This document shows positions 25,582 through 38,035 of a stretch of 64,000 nt of DNA, in pieces. Positions within the stretch are counted from its first letter, which is position 1; every line of letters begins with the position of its first letter. A program made the translations under genes and the position numbers. The notes beneath the pieces were generated by a model. That model saw nothing but the letters and a program-made list of their open reading frames with translations, searched no databases and was not told the DNA's origin. Source of the stretch: Felis catus (Eukaryota); NCBI RefSeq assembly GCF_018350175.1, contig NC_058368.1, positions 75,456,001 to 75,520,000 of the forward strand, given 5' to 3'.

Positions 25582-26652
25582 AATTGAGATTTGTTTTGGC
25601 CAATGTTGAACCAAACAATTATATAACCATCAGGTAATTCCCACTTGGTCAGAAGCTCTGAGGTCTGTTCCTGCTTCACTCCCGCTTGTTAGTATGAAGA
25701 CAGCCCAAAGCAAGGTACTTAGCACACAGGGGTGTAGTTATTTTTGGTAACTTATTAAATAAATGAATCATTTCCACCTTTATGTTTCAAAATTGCCGTG
25801 TTCATATTACCTTGTTACTTAGAGTCTGTGAACAAAATTAATAATTCAGATGTGCCATTGGTAGTTCATTATGTAAATTTAGACCCAGTCTAACGATAAG
25901 GTTTTGCAGTTTATAAATGTAAATAGTTATATACTATGTACGGGGGTTCCTTATACATTGAGTTGAAATTTGTTTAGCATTAATTCTGATGATTGCAAAG
26001 AGTGATAGCAACTTATGGCACATAATAAAGATGATTTTGCTTTTCAACACTGGTTAAATAATTCAGAACCGTGACGTATCTTCATTTCGTAAGGATCAAC
26101 ATTTGTCAAATAAAAACCTCTAAAATATATGCAATTAATAGGAGGGAAGATTATCCATTCCCTTTTTTATATACAATTCAGCCCAGTTGGAATGTGAACA
26201 TATAATGCAAACGGACACAGATCAAAGTCATATAAGAATTAGGGCATATAAACCAATGAAGTCGTGCTCTTATCCTGAAATTCCTAATATAGTAGTAAGT
26301 CCTGTAACTAAATAGAACATTTTCAGATAAAATTAGAAACTGAAAGATGATGCTGAGTACTCAAAGACTCTGATCATATTCTTGCTTGTGCTAGGAACAC
26401 CTTTGACACGTCCCACCATGCAGGGTGTCTCATTTGACATTCCTAGTGTTTCTTAATCTCCTTGTATTTTTTTTTTTACACGGAGGGTTGTATGCCCGTG
26501 GGTTGTATGCCCATCTGGATTGTTACCTCCTGGATGACAGTTATTAAGTTAATATTCTTTTGACTTTTCAACAATGCTCTCAGGTAGTAGATGCTAACTA
26601 AAAAAAAAAAGCTAATTGAATATAAATAAAACCATTAAAATTAGCAAATACA

Positions 26653-26770
26653 GGGGCACTTGGGTGACTCAATCAGGTAAGCCTCTGACTCTTGATCTCA
26701 GCTCAGGTCATGGTTTGTGGGATCGAGCCCTGCGTTGGGCTCTACACTGACAGTGTGGACCCTGCTTAGG

Positions 26771-26807
<37 letters not shown>

Positions 26808-26843
26808 TCTTCCCCTGATTGTGCCCTCTCTCAAAATACATAA
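26653..26843 (+). mobile_element. Can-SINE, diverged
   Basis: Head, (CT)n; short TSD agcaaata at 26643-26650 and 26844-26851. Confidence 0.92.
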
Positions 26844-27973
26844 AGCAAATATGCACGTATACTATGCTATATATCAAAAACATTATGGTTACAGTAAACA
26901 CCATTTCTCCATTGACTATTACTACATTTTAACATAAGCACCTTGGACAAGAGCATGGCCACAAAGCGATACAGTTGCCTCAAAAGGGTACAGCAGCCAA
27001 TTTCCCGATTAATGATAAGGTGACAATATACACAGCCTTTTAGGAAATTAGACAGATCAGTGAATGCTGATTTCTCCTGTGTCAGTGTTCCTCTGTTCTA
27101 CCCGGTGCGGCAGACTCCTGTCTCTGGTCAAGACAGGACTGGGCAGAGGAACCTACGGCAAGATTACAGAGCTGGGGACTACAATCTGGGAGTCTTACCC
27201 TAGAGGTGTGCCGCCACTGAATGGTGGCCTATATCCTCAGCCAGGCTGGACAGAAGTGCATAGCACAGGGGGAAAATGAGAGTGGCCTGTCAAAGATGAG
27301 TAGAGTAGAAAGCAATCAGAGAGAAAGGAGACGCCAGGTACACGTGGAGGGGAAGGAGGGCTCACTGAAGGGGTTGACACCATCTAAGAGCACAGGTAGA
27401 CTAGAATTACTCACACGGATTATACCCAGGGGAAGACTCACTCAAAGGCGCAATTCAGAGATGAGTAAGCACAGGGTGTGTTTTACTGTGGTTTGTTTTC
27501 TCTTAAGTGAGTCCCGCTCTTTAAGAGTAAAAGGAAAGGAAAAAAAAAAAAAACACCTAGGGTTTGTCACAATGATAGGCACATGCATGTGTCGTTGATT
27601 CTTGTGTATTACACAGCAAGAAGCACATTCCAAAAAGTTGATGGGCAATTTCTTCAAATGCTCAGAATTTGCCTGACGATCATCCTTCACCGTCTTCAGC
27701 GCCCGCATCATCAAACTCTCCTCGGCCGTTTCCACATATTCTTCAAGAAAACATTGTTTTTTGTGGGGCAAAATTACACTGCACAGCTTACAGCGAGGAT
27801 CAATGACCGCATGAAAAATGCACTCGGAAATGGGTGGCTTGTCACATTACTGTGCAAAGTTCATCGCTTTCTATGAAAAGCGATCCCAATTTCACAGCCA
27901 GGACCAACCATCAACCATTATTAGCAATCCATAAAAAGAGTCGGGAAGGACATCAAGGATGTAGCTAGCGATA

Positions 27974-28200
27974 GGGGCGCCTGGGTGGCTCAGTCGGTTG
28001 GGCGTCCGACTTTGGCTCGGGTCATGATCTCACAGCTCCTGAGTTCGAACCCCGCGTCGGGCTCTGTGCTGACAGCTCGGAGCCTGGAGCTCGCTTCCAA
28101 TTCTGTGTCTCCCTCTTTCTCTGCCCTTCTCCTGCTCGTGCTCTGAGTCTCTCTCTCTCTCAAAAATAAATAAAACATTTTAAAAAATTACTTGAAAAAA
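27974..28200 (+). mobile_element. Can-SINE
   Basis: TSD aaggatgtagctagcgata / aaggaatgtagcgata (5' copy has a tagc duplication). Confidence 0.96.
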
Positions 28201-31058
28201 AAGGAATGTAGCGATAGTTACTGAAATCGCAAAGGCAACGTACGATCTCAGTCTCGGAAGGGAAGACTTGACTTGGGAGGGGCTGGCATGCTGGCTTGGC
28301 CTTCTATGCTGACAAACAGCAAACAGGGAAGGCGAGAGGAGCTAAATAGTTATTACAGTGCCATTTCACACTTTTATTCTTGCTTTTATGTAAGTGTCAT
28401 AATGTACTTTACATATCCTAACACTGGAAAGCATCCTAATGCAGCTGTGAAGCAGGGACAGCTTCACAGACCTTTTCATTATTACTCGCGAGTCATCAGC
28501 CAAAGCATTATGAAAAATTACTATCATGTTTCTCCATAGCCTTTATTAAGCATTTATGACAACTTTAAAAATCATATAATGTTTCATTTACCCTTTTACT
28601 GCAAAGTACATTAATATCACTTTCAATATGAGGACAATGAGGTACAGGGTTACAGCTATTTAGGGTTTAATTTAGCAGGTGCAGAAGGAACAGGACAGTC
28701 TCATTTCCTAAGCCAAGCAACCAAAACACTTTCCTCCAACCTAGTTATTATCTTTCCTATCCCTACAGATTTTGGAGATGCACTTCAATAGCCCCCACAG
28801 AAGAGTCATTCCATATGCAGTAGGGTCAGGTGACGTGCATAACGTGCTACAGATTTTTCCTGTCTTTCTATAAACTAGTTACTCCTGTAGGTCAAAAAGT
28901 CAGCCATGTCTAGAAATGACCTCTTGATCTACAGCCGTAACCAGCAGAAAACACATCTCTTACATCGTTGTCCCTGGTTGCACATTTTCTACTAGACTTC
29001 CATCCAGTGATTCAATCTTTGCATTGTGTGGATGAAAATACTAGCCTGGTGTCAACACCATGTTGAATCAAGGAGGAAGAGAAAGACTCGAGATCTTTCT
29101 GTCATTGTTACCAAGAAAATATTCCACAAGAAATTTATATGCCTACTACTGGTCCGTAGTAGGTATATATTAAAGATATAATTACATTTCTCACAAGAGG
29201 CAGGATTTGCCCTGGAGGACTCTGCCAAGATTCTAGAGTCTGGATGTAAACCAAGAACCTGGCATACCCCAATAGGGTAATATTCACCTTGTAAAATAAA
29301 ATTTATGTATTTACTTAATTATGCCATATGAATGTCCCTTCAAATTCATGGCCAAAGTTCAATTCAACTAAATTTCTTTGGGATGAGTGTACTTCTCAAG
29401 CTGAATGAAATAATTTACTGATTTTCCAATCACAAATGAATCAAAAATCGATTAAATGTACATGAACCTTTTGACACCGATGGTTAAGAAAGAGGCAGCA
29501 ATAAAGCATTTCTAGATTTAATCAATATATTTCTTCAGCTGGTATTGAGAGAAGAAAGCATCAAGGCACAGTTAAAATCAATAATGTGAAACCCTTTTAA
29601 TATGTAGGAAAGTCACTAGCCATTCTTATTGTTACTGATTCCAGACCTAATGATGTGGCTAAAATAAAAAACAAAACAACAGCCTGTTGTGACATTTCCT
29701 TCCTTTGAAGTTCTGAAAAGCAGGGATAATTTTGACCTCCAATTTAGTCACTATGTCCAGAGAACTGTTAATGAGGATTAATGACACTAGGATTTTCTTG
29801 GAAAAAAATACACATGCATATACATATACACATATACATGTACATGTGCATTAATTTTGTTACTAAGAAGTCAAAACAAAAAAAGAAGAAGAGTTTGTTG
29901 CTGTTGTTTTGCAGTTCTTTTCTTTCTTCTTTTTTTGTTTTCCTTTCCAAAATACCATGAAATACTTCCCATGGCCTGGATTCCCACCTCTTGACGGTCC
30001 CATATGAATGGCGGCACCAGAAACAACTATTTAGATTTAGGATTTGAAAATAACATCCTCCCTGGGACAACTTCTTTCTCTCCATCACCTTCTGCCCCTC
30101 CTTTTCCTCCTTGTTGTTCTTCTTTTGAGTAATAACGAGTGGATTGACTAAAGATCCATCATTATTGACCAGAATGCGTTCACGAGAGGTGGAAGAATTA
30201 AATATTTTATACAACAATAAAACCAGGGAGAGTGAATTTCCGGGGGGAGGTCATGGAGAGAGGACCAGGAAATGAAGACAAAAGGAATCGGGAGAGAGAA
30301 TAAAGTGGTCCACCCAGAGATTATAAAATCTGTCAGCAGAAAAATTTAGGAATTCCTTATGTGGCACTTGCTGCGTTTAAGATAGGAGTCTGTGCTCTAC
30401 CCGTGACGTGCCATGTTGAATAGTGGGACAGTGGCCATGGGAGCAGATAGATGCAGATTCCCAAGGAACAAGGAGACTCTCTCCTCTATTTTGAAGACTT
30501 ACCGCCTGAGTTGTAGGGAAAGAAGGTGGGATTGCATGGATCAGCCGGAGCATGTGGAAGGGATTAGAGCAAATGTTATTTGAATTTCAAAGGATGGGAT
30601 ATTACAGTTGACATTAGAATTATATATAGGGAAAGATCACTTCTTAGATATTGGCTTTATAAGAAAAATCTAAAGCAAAGATCATCATGCTGAATTATTA
30701 AAATTTACGCAGAATGATTATTGATATTTTTATGGCTCGAGCTCACTATTTTCATTTGCTAATGTGCCATAGCTGGACATTTGTTAATTTGGGGAGTGAT
30801 TTTGTATTGTTGCTTCTAAAGGCAACTAGCGCAAATATATGTGATTTTTTAACTGGTAGAAAATTCTGTCATATGAATATATATGAATATTTTCTGTCCA
30901 TCCGCAGTTGAGTGTTGATAGTATGGCAGTGCATTTGAGGTGATGCTGTTGTTGATATAATATTTTCCTGTCAACGTCCAGTGTTTATGTTGTTATGTGT
31001 AAGTCCTGTGTTGCTTTCCACTTATCAAAGGCAAAGGATATCATGGTCTATCTGTTTT

Positions 31059-31265
31059 ATGTTTATTTATTTATTTTTGAGAGAGACAGAGACAGCGTGA
31101 GCAGGGGAGGGGCAGAGAGAGAGGGAGAGAGAAAGTATCTCAAGCAGGCTTCATGTTGTCAGCACAGAGCCTGATGCGGGGCTCAAACTCATGAAACCAT
31201 GAGATCCTCATCTAAGCCAAAACCAAGAATCAGATTCTTAACTGAATGAGCTACCCAGGCACCCC
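31059..31265 (-). mobile_element. Can-SINE (first of a tandem pair)
   Basis: Antisense body ending cccaggcacccc. Confidence 0.95.
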
Positions 31266-31280
31266 AATCATGGCCTGTAT

Positions 31281-31521
31281 TTATTTTTTTAATTTTTTCA
31301 ATTTTGTTTATTTTTGAGAGAGAGAGAGAGAGAGGGAGGGAGGGAAGGAGTGGGAGAGAGAACAAGGTAAGGACAGAGAGAGGGGGGAGAAAGGATTCCA
31401 AGCAGGCTCCACACCGTCAGTGCAGCGCCCAAAGTGGGGCTGGAACCCATGAACTGTGAGATCATGACCTGAGTTGAAATCAAGAGTTGATTCTTAACCC
31501 ACTGAGCCACCCAGGCACCCC
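31281..31521 (-). mobile_element. Can-SINE (second of a tandem pair)
   Basis: Antisense body ending cccaggcacccc. Confidence 0.95.
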
Positions 31522-31859
31522 AGGGTCTATCTATTTTTGGAGGAAACTTCTCCATTATTATTCTTTTTTCAATCTTGCTCTGTGTCTTTGTCTCTTTCCC
31601 AAACTTTTCCTCTATTTTTCTGTTTTTTTTTTCTCTCTCTCTATAAAATACTCTCTATGTATCCTAGTGGATGAAAATAAGACCTGGTATTTTTATCTTT
31701 ACAATTACCCTGTGCTCCTGTCCAAAGCTCTAAACTATATATCACTCTCCTTAAGACTTTCAGTAGCCTTTTCCAGCGGTCATTGATCGATAAGGTACAG
31801 AGGTTGAAACATATTGGGAGTCTGCAGTGGTAAGTCAGCCCGGGAACTGATAGAAATAA

Positions 31860-31975
31860 CTTAGCTGTTACTATCCTGGTTCTGCGGCTGAAGCCACAAA
31901 CACTCAGGTTGAGTAACTTGCCTGAAGTCACATAGTTAATAAGTAGAAGAATTTATGGTTGATTCCAAAACTCAC
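31860..31975 (-). mobile_element. MIR remnant
   Basis: aggttgagtaacttgcctgaagtcacatagttaataagtagaag is the antisense MIR core. Confidence 0.75.
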
Positions 31976-31995
31976 TATAAGGATATGCACTTGAG

Positions 31996-32207
31996 GGGGT
32001 GCCTGGGGCTCAGTTGGTTGAGTGCCCATCTCTTGATTTCGGCTCGGGTCATGATCCCAGGGTTGTAGGACTGAGCCCCCGTGCCAGGCCAGGCTGAGCG
32101 TGGAGTCTACTTAAGATGCTTGCTCCCCTCCCCCTCTGCCTTTACCCCCTCTGCTGCTTGTGTTCTCTGTCTCTATCAATCAATCAACAGACAAATAAAT
32201 AAGTAAG
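31996..32207 (+). mobile_element. Can-SINE, older subfamily
   Basis: Diverged head (gtcatgatcccagggttgtagga); TSD tatgcacttga / tatgcatttga. Confidence 0.9.
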
Positions 32208-32387
32208 TATGCATTTGACTACACCGGCACCTTTAATAATTATTCAGACACCTATGTATCAGAGAATCTGAGTGAATTTCCCAAGGTCACACAGCTACTT
32301 AACAAATATGTGTCTGTGTTTAAAAATTATCATGAAGCAAATTTCTGTTTTGTAATTGGCAAACAATTTCCTCAATTAAGAAGTGTT

Positions 32388-32610
32388 GGGGCGCCTGGGT
32401 GGCGCAGTTGGTTAAGCGTCCGACTTCAGCCAGGTCACGATCTCGCGGTCCGTGAGTTCGAGCCCTGCGTCAGGCTCTGGGCTGATGGCTCAGAGCCTGG
32501 AGCCTGTTTCCGATTCTGTGTCTCCCTCTCTCTTTGCCCCTCCCCCGTTCATGCTCTGTCTCTCTCTGTCCCAAAAATAAATAAACGTTGAAAAAAAAAT
32601 TAAAAAAAAA
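32388..32610 (+). mobile_element. Can-SINE, young feline subfamily
   Basis: ggcgcag...cagccaggtcacg diagnostic; TSD aagaagtgtt at 32378-32387 and 32611-32620. Confidence 0.97.
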
Positions 32611-33149
32611 AAGAAGTGTTAATGCCGTTCACAGTCAAAGGGTGATGTACATATGTGTGCATGTGAACATGTGTTTTCAGAATACCTTGCTGCTGATCTG
32701 CCCACCCACCCCCATGAGTGAAGGACAGCCCCAGAAGTGAGGGCAAGAAAACTGTGCTCGACACATTATCTCAGTCGCATTATTAACATGATTATATATA
32801 CATACAGTTATATGTATATAAATATCATATATTGTAAAATGCTATGTGTAATTTACATGTATACAAAATATTTTCCCTGAGAAACGAAAAGATGCCTTTA
32901 GGAGGCAAAAATAAGTTTACATTTGATGGCATGCCACAATATTAATGGGAAGGAAGTTTAGGGGAAAAATATTTGACATCTTAAGGAACATTTTAATAGG
33001 GTTGATTTCTCGTTAGAGAGAAACAGCCACTGGAGAAGCCTGAAGCTATTTTATCTATTTTTTTTTTCTTCTTTAGATGTTTTTGGGCCCAGTGTCATCT
33101 TCCTGTTTAGTGGGCCAAAGAATGGAGTTGGTACGTCTCTGGTTTAGGT

Positions 33150-33371
33150 CAGGGATCAACAAAATACGGCCCCGGGACCAAATCCAGAACCCATCTATTT
33201 CTGTATATAAACTTTTACTGGAGCACAGCCAAGCTAATTCGTTTGCATATTGTCTACGGCTGGCTTCCTGCTACAAAGTAGGGTTGGGTAGCTGTGACAG
33301 AGACCACATGGCCTGCAAAGCCATAAATATTTACTACCTGGCCCTTTACGGAAAATGTTTGCCAAACTCTG
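33150..33371. mobile_element. MER58A-like non-autonomous hAT transposon, full length
   Basis: Terminal inverted repeats cagggatcaacaaa ... tttgccaaactctg; internal match to MER58A; degenerate 8-bp TSD gtttaggt / gttaagct. Confidence 0.92.
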
Positions 33372-35069
33372 GTTAAGCTTTCGCAACTCAAGAAATAGGG
33401 TCTCCTGTTTCCCTTCTGAAGCCAAATGCTGGGACCAGTGATGTGAAATGGCGTAAGACCCAGCGTCCCCGTCTGTGGGTAGGTTATACTGCTCAACGGC
33501 ACATTGATGTTGCCTTTTACTTTGCCATGCATAACGTTTTATTAATAGAACACTTTAGAAAGTACATTTAAAATGATGGCAGATACATTTTATTTCCTGA
33601 GCTCTTGGTAACACGATAGCATGAGCCTGCATATATATGCATGAAGATACGTAGAGATACAGATATTGATCAGTTCGGCTAAAGGTTTTGAAGGGGTTCT
33701 TGTCCTTTGTCTCATCTATATGCTACACTGTATAAATGGGATTATTAACTAATCTCAGCCCTATGGATAAAATCCAGCTACTTTTGCCCCTGTGTTGGAA
33801 AATGTATATACCCAAAGGGACAAATAGTTGGATTACAAAACTCTAACAAGATGAAGGTTGTATGATAGGATATAGAAATAAAGAATCGGACTCTCAGCCA
33901 ATTAAAAGAAATGGCCTCTTGAAACAGACAGGGCAATAAATATACATCGCAGCAGGCCCACATACTGCCACTGAGTTAAGATTTTCTTCGATGTTTACTG
34001 CCAGATGCAAAATTTACGAATGGAATCAGCCTAGATGGAAAAAAAATCATGAATAGAAAATGAAACAGCACTTCCTCTGTTCTGCCCTCTTCCCACTTCC
34101 ACTGTGGGCAGGAGCAAATCAACAATATTTTTGAAATGTATGTCGAGTGTTGGCAAAATAGCACTAATATCCTTGAGTTTGGGGGTGAGCCTAATGGGTC
34201 CTCGGGTTCCAGATTCTATCCTGGCTAATGATGGCGAAGAGTTTTTGGTGGAAGGAGTTTTCAAAATCATGGCCATTATTCCCAGAAGTCAATTACATGT
34301 GGTAGTGATTCTTTCAGTAACAGAGTGAGAGCATCTCTTTTGGCATGGTAAATTCATGCAAATGCACCCAGTTTCTTTTTTCTCCTGAGTAGAGAAAAAA
34401 ACTCACCTCGAGCTCCTTTCTTACATACTTCTTTTCTCCCCTGCAGTTTCAGATGAGAACCTAAGTGCCGAGGATGGGTAGGATGACGTGTGTGCACGCA
34501 CACGTCTTGGCGGCAGGAGGAGTGAGTTTGGGATAAGCATAGCCAACCTGTGCACCATCGGGAAGAGAGGCCATCTGCTTCTCAGACTGTCCACCGTTGA
34601 AGCGAAATGATGCCATCCTTCTCCCAGGACTGAGAAAAAGGTGAGAAACTTGGCAACTGTTTTATGGAAGGACTAGAAGAGGCATCAATGTGCAAGATTT
34701 TGGTTTGAGAATGTCAATCGGCAGGTACCGGGAAAGAGGGGTCACGTTGAGATGACCCCATACGCCTTTCCATCTGACTGTTCTCTCCCTGAGCACTCAC
34801 CCCAATCATACAGAACTTACTGCCGTCCTCTATATGTGACAGACAATTTCTGGTCTCTTTGCTGTGTACAAGCTGGTCTTTTGACCTGGAGTACCTTCTC
34901 TGAACATGCCTAAAGCCATGTCCACTAGCGTGACATGACCGTGATTTAATGTGAGTAGCAGAAGCCTGGGCACAGCATCAACAGGAAACAGAAGGGGTGC
35001 CACTGATGGGACTTGATCATGACTTTAGGATTTAATACGCTGAAGAAAACGGTTCCTGATTACCTCTCA

Positions 35070-35480
35070 TAATTCCACTCTTCTGATGGCTTTGCCATCT
35101 CCATCAATGGCACCTGTATTTTTCCAGTTCCCCACGTGAACATCTGGGGTCAGCTTTGACTCCTCTTTTCTGCCAAAGTCAAACACCACCCCAAAATACA
35201 TCCTGTTCATTCTGTTTTCGAAAGACATCCAGAATCTGACCACCTCTTGAAACTCTAGCCGTGATGACTCTCGTTCTGGTTCTGGTGAGTGCCCCCTAGC
35301 CAAGCTCCTGGCTGGTGCACTGGTCCCCTGGCCATCTCTGCTCATTTTGGAATTTGGATCTTTCCACCACTCGTCCCAGAACCATCGGACGTGTCTTTAT
35401 TTCACTCAGAACAAAAGTTTTTTCTGTGATGTAAGAGACTTTACTCCTGCCCTGTTATCTGTGCATCGCTAGTTAATTTA
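35070..35480 (+). mobile_element. L2 remnant
   Basis: catctccatcaatggcacc, tttgactcctcttttct, catccagaatctgaccacctct, tcactcagaacaaaag. Confidence 0.75.
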
Positions 35481-35539
35481 TTTTCCACTTTTCTCCCCAT
35501 GGCTCACTCCAAGTGTGTGTTTGAAAGTAAGTTTTGGAC

Positions 35540-36095
35540 ATTATCACAGTCCAAATATCTCAGCATGCATCTTCAAAGAACATCCTCGAAAAATATTGCA
35601 ATGCTATTATCTCATTTAAAAACAATTAATCTTGTACTGTATAATACACATTCCCTATCTGAATTCCATCCACTGTTTATCTCTTATAGCACATTTCAAG
35701 GCCACGATTTGCTTCATAGCATTTTTAAAACCAATATTTGATCAAACGTCACTCATAGCACTTGGTTCTCGTGTCTGTTCTTTTGATCCAGACCTGAACC
35801 CCCACGAATTTTCCTATCATAGCACGCTAACTCATCAAAGCAGCTATTTTATAGAAAAAAAATGGGATTGTGAATTCCTCTGAAACCATGGAATCATTAA
35901 ATTAATCCCTCTAAATTCTAAACATCCTAAACACTGGGAGTTTATTTGAGAATTTTAGAAAGGATCCTGAGCACATTGGCTTTTTTTTTTTTTTTTATCC
36001 TTCATATGACATCACATCAGCTGTCACACAGTCTCCTAGAGCTTTATGATTAGTAATGCCATGTTTGAACAGGGATATTTTGACAGGTAGTATAA
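35540..36095 (-). mobile_element. Old L1 3' UTR remnant (L1MC-like)
   Basis: Degenerate antisense motifs (aaatatctcagcatgcatctt, aatgctattatctca, catatgacatcacatcag). Confidence 0.45.
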
Positions 36096-36423
36096 TCTTT
36101 ATTTCACATAACAAGATGCCATGGTTTAGAAAACATGCATTACATACTATGTGTCTTAACCTCTGTTGCTACCTTTAAAAATATGCATCCTTATGACAAT
36201 AGACACATTGAGTTGTCGAGAAAAAGAAATACTTCAGGAGTCTTTCAAACGTGACTTTAGATTTGGCCTCAAGAAAGGCAAAGTGAAACCCAAGATGGCA
36301 AGATGAAAATAATGTCTTCTACAGGCTCCATTATAAGGAACCGGTAGCTAGAATGTATCATGTGATAAATGTTGAGTATGTATGTTCGCACTTCATTTCA
36401 TCTTTAAAATATTTATCAAGAAA

Positions 36424-36636
36424 GGGGCACCTGGGTGGCTCCTTTGGTTAAGCATCCGACTTCGGCTTAGGTCATGATCTCACGGTCCATGAGTTCGAGC
36501 CCCGCGTCGGGCTCCATGCTGACAGCTTAGAGCCTGGAGCCTGCTTTGGATTCTGTGTCTCCCTCTCTCTCTGACCCTCCCCCATTCATGCTCTGTCTCT
36601 CTCTGTCTCAAAACTAAATAAACGCTAAAAAAAATT
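36424..36636 (+). mobile_element. Can-SINE
   Basis: TSD aaaatatttatcaagaaa / aaaatatttattaggaaa. Confidence 0.96.
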
Positions 36637-37365
36637 AAAATATTTATTAGGAAAGTAATCCCATTATATATATCTTATCAATAATTACAAAATTGACAGA
36701 TGAGTTTACAAAACAAAGCATAGATAATTGTTAAAACAATGAAATATTATTTCCAACCCATTTAATATGTCTTAGGACCATAGATAGACAGATGTTCCAT
36801 GTTTTATGTACGTGTAGGTGTGTGCATGTGCATGTATGTGTTTGTGTCCACAAGTAAGAATAGCGTTCCTAGATATTCAGAGTATTGCATTTATAATTAC
36901 AAAAAATTTTTTTGACAATAAACATTTCTGGAAAATAGTGGTAGTCCTCCTTTGACTTGTGTATTGGTTTTTGAAAATCAATTTGTAAATTTATCATTTA
37001 GCCTCCAAGTCTGGTTCCTATTGTTAAAGGCCATTTTACACACAGAAGTTCTATTGCTTGAGCAGGTGGAGAGACAGATGCTGTGTTCCCCTATTCTCCC
37101 TGGGGATGCGGCTGCCCCATGAAGCCCACATTCGCGGTGTCTCTTCTAACACCACAGCCTCTGCTCTGGGCAAGTGCACATCCTTCTTGGATTCTCTGGG
37201 CTCTTTGAAGTTGGAGACTCTGGCTTACACCTTTGTTGCTGCGTATCTCACACAGTCTTGGTGACTTTGTGTGTCCAAGTATAACATAATCCCCCGTGCT
37301 TCTTTTAATTCATCCCTCTGTCCTTGAAGTAAACAACGCGATTTCTTTAAAATTCATTAGTATTT

Positions 37366-37581
37366 GGGGTGCCTGGGTGGCGCAGTCGGTTAAGCGTCCG
37401 ACTTCAGCCAGGTCACGATCTCGCGGTCCGGGAGTTCGAGCCCCGTGTCAAGCTCTGGGCTGATGGCTCAGAGTCTGGAGCCTGTTTCCGACTCTGTGTC
37501 TCCCTCTCTCTCTGCCCCTCCCCCGTTCATGCTCTGTCTCTCTCTGTCCCAAAAATAAATAAATGTTGAAAAAAAAATTTT
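37366..37581 (+). mobile_element. Can-SINE, young feline subfamily
   Basis: Diagnostic head; TSD aaattcattagtatt at 37350-37364 and 37582-37596. Confidence 0.97.
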
Positions 37582-37652
37582 AAATTCATTAGTATTAAAA
37601 CATCTTCGATTACTGGCAGCTAATGGAAATACTTGGAAGCTCGGGCATTCAC

Positions 37653-37704
<52 letters not shown>
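37653..37704 (+). repeat. (TG)n microsatellite, interrupted
   Basis: Seen directly. Confidence 0.95.
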
Positions 37705-37706
<2 letters not shown>

Positions 37707-37818
37707 CGCTGTTGTTGTTGGGGTAGATGTGGGTACTTACTGTGGTTCCTTAATTTCAGAGATCCGAGATGAAAACAGCCATGGTAGGGAGTGATGGTCG
37801 ATGTAGAAGAATATTTTA

Positions 37819-38035
37819 TTTTAATTTTTTAATGTTTTTATTTATTTTTGAGACAGACAGAGACAGAGCATGAGCAGGGGAGGAGCAGAGAGAGAGGGAG
37901 ACACAGACTCTGAAACAGGCTCCAGGCTCTGAGCTGTCAGCATAGAGCCTGACGCGGGGCTCAAACTCACAGACCGCGAGATCAGGACCTGAGCCGAAGT
38001 CGGAGGCTCAACAGACTGAGCCACCCAGGCGCCCC
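37819..38035 (-). mobile_element. Can-SINE
   Basis: TSD gaagaatatttta at 37806-37818 and 38036-38048. Confidence 0.97.

Noticed and set aside
26486..26513. Tandem duplication of gggttgtatgccc
   Set aside because: Ordinary short slippage duplication with two copies only.
27442..27771. ORF with faint resemblance to RPS26 (CASCCVIH versus CVSCAIH)
   Set aside because: Similarity is limited to a few residues, with no colinear match, poly-A tail or TSD of a processed pseudogene.
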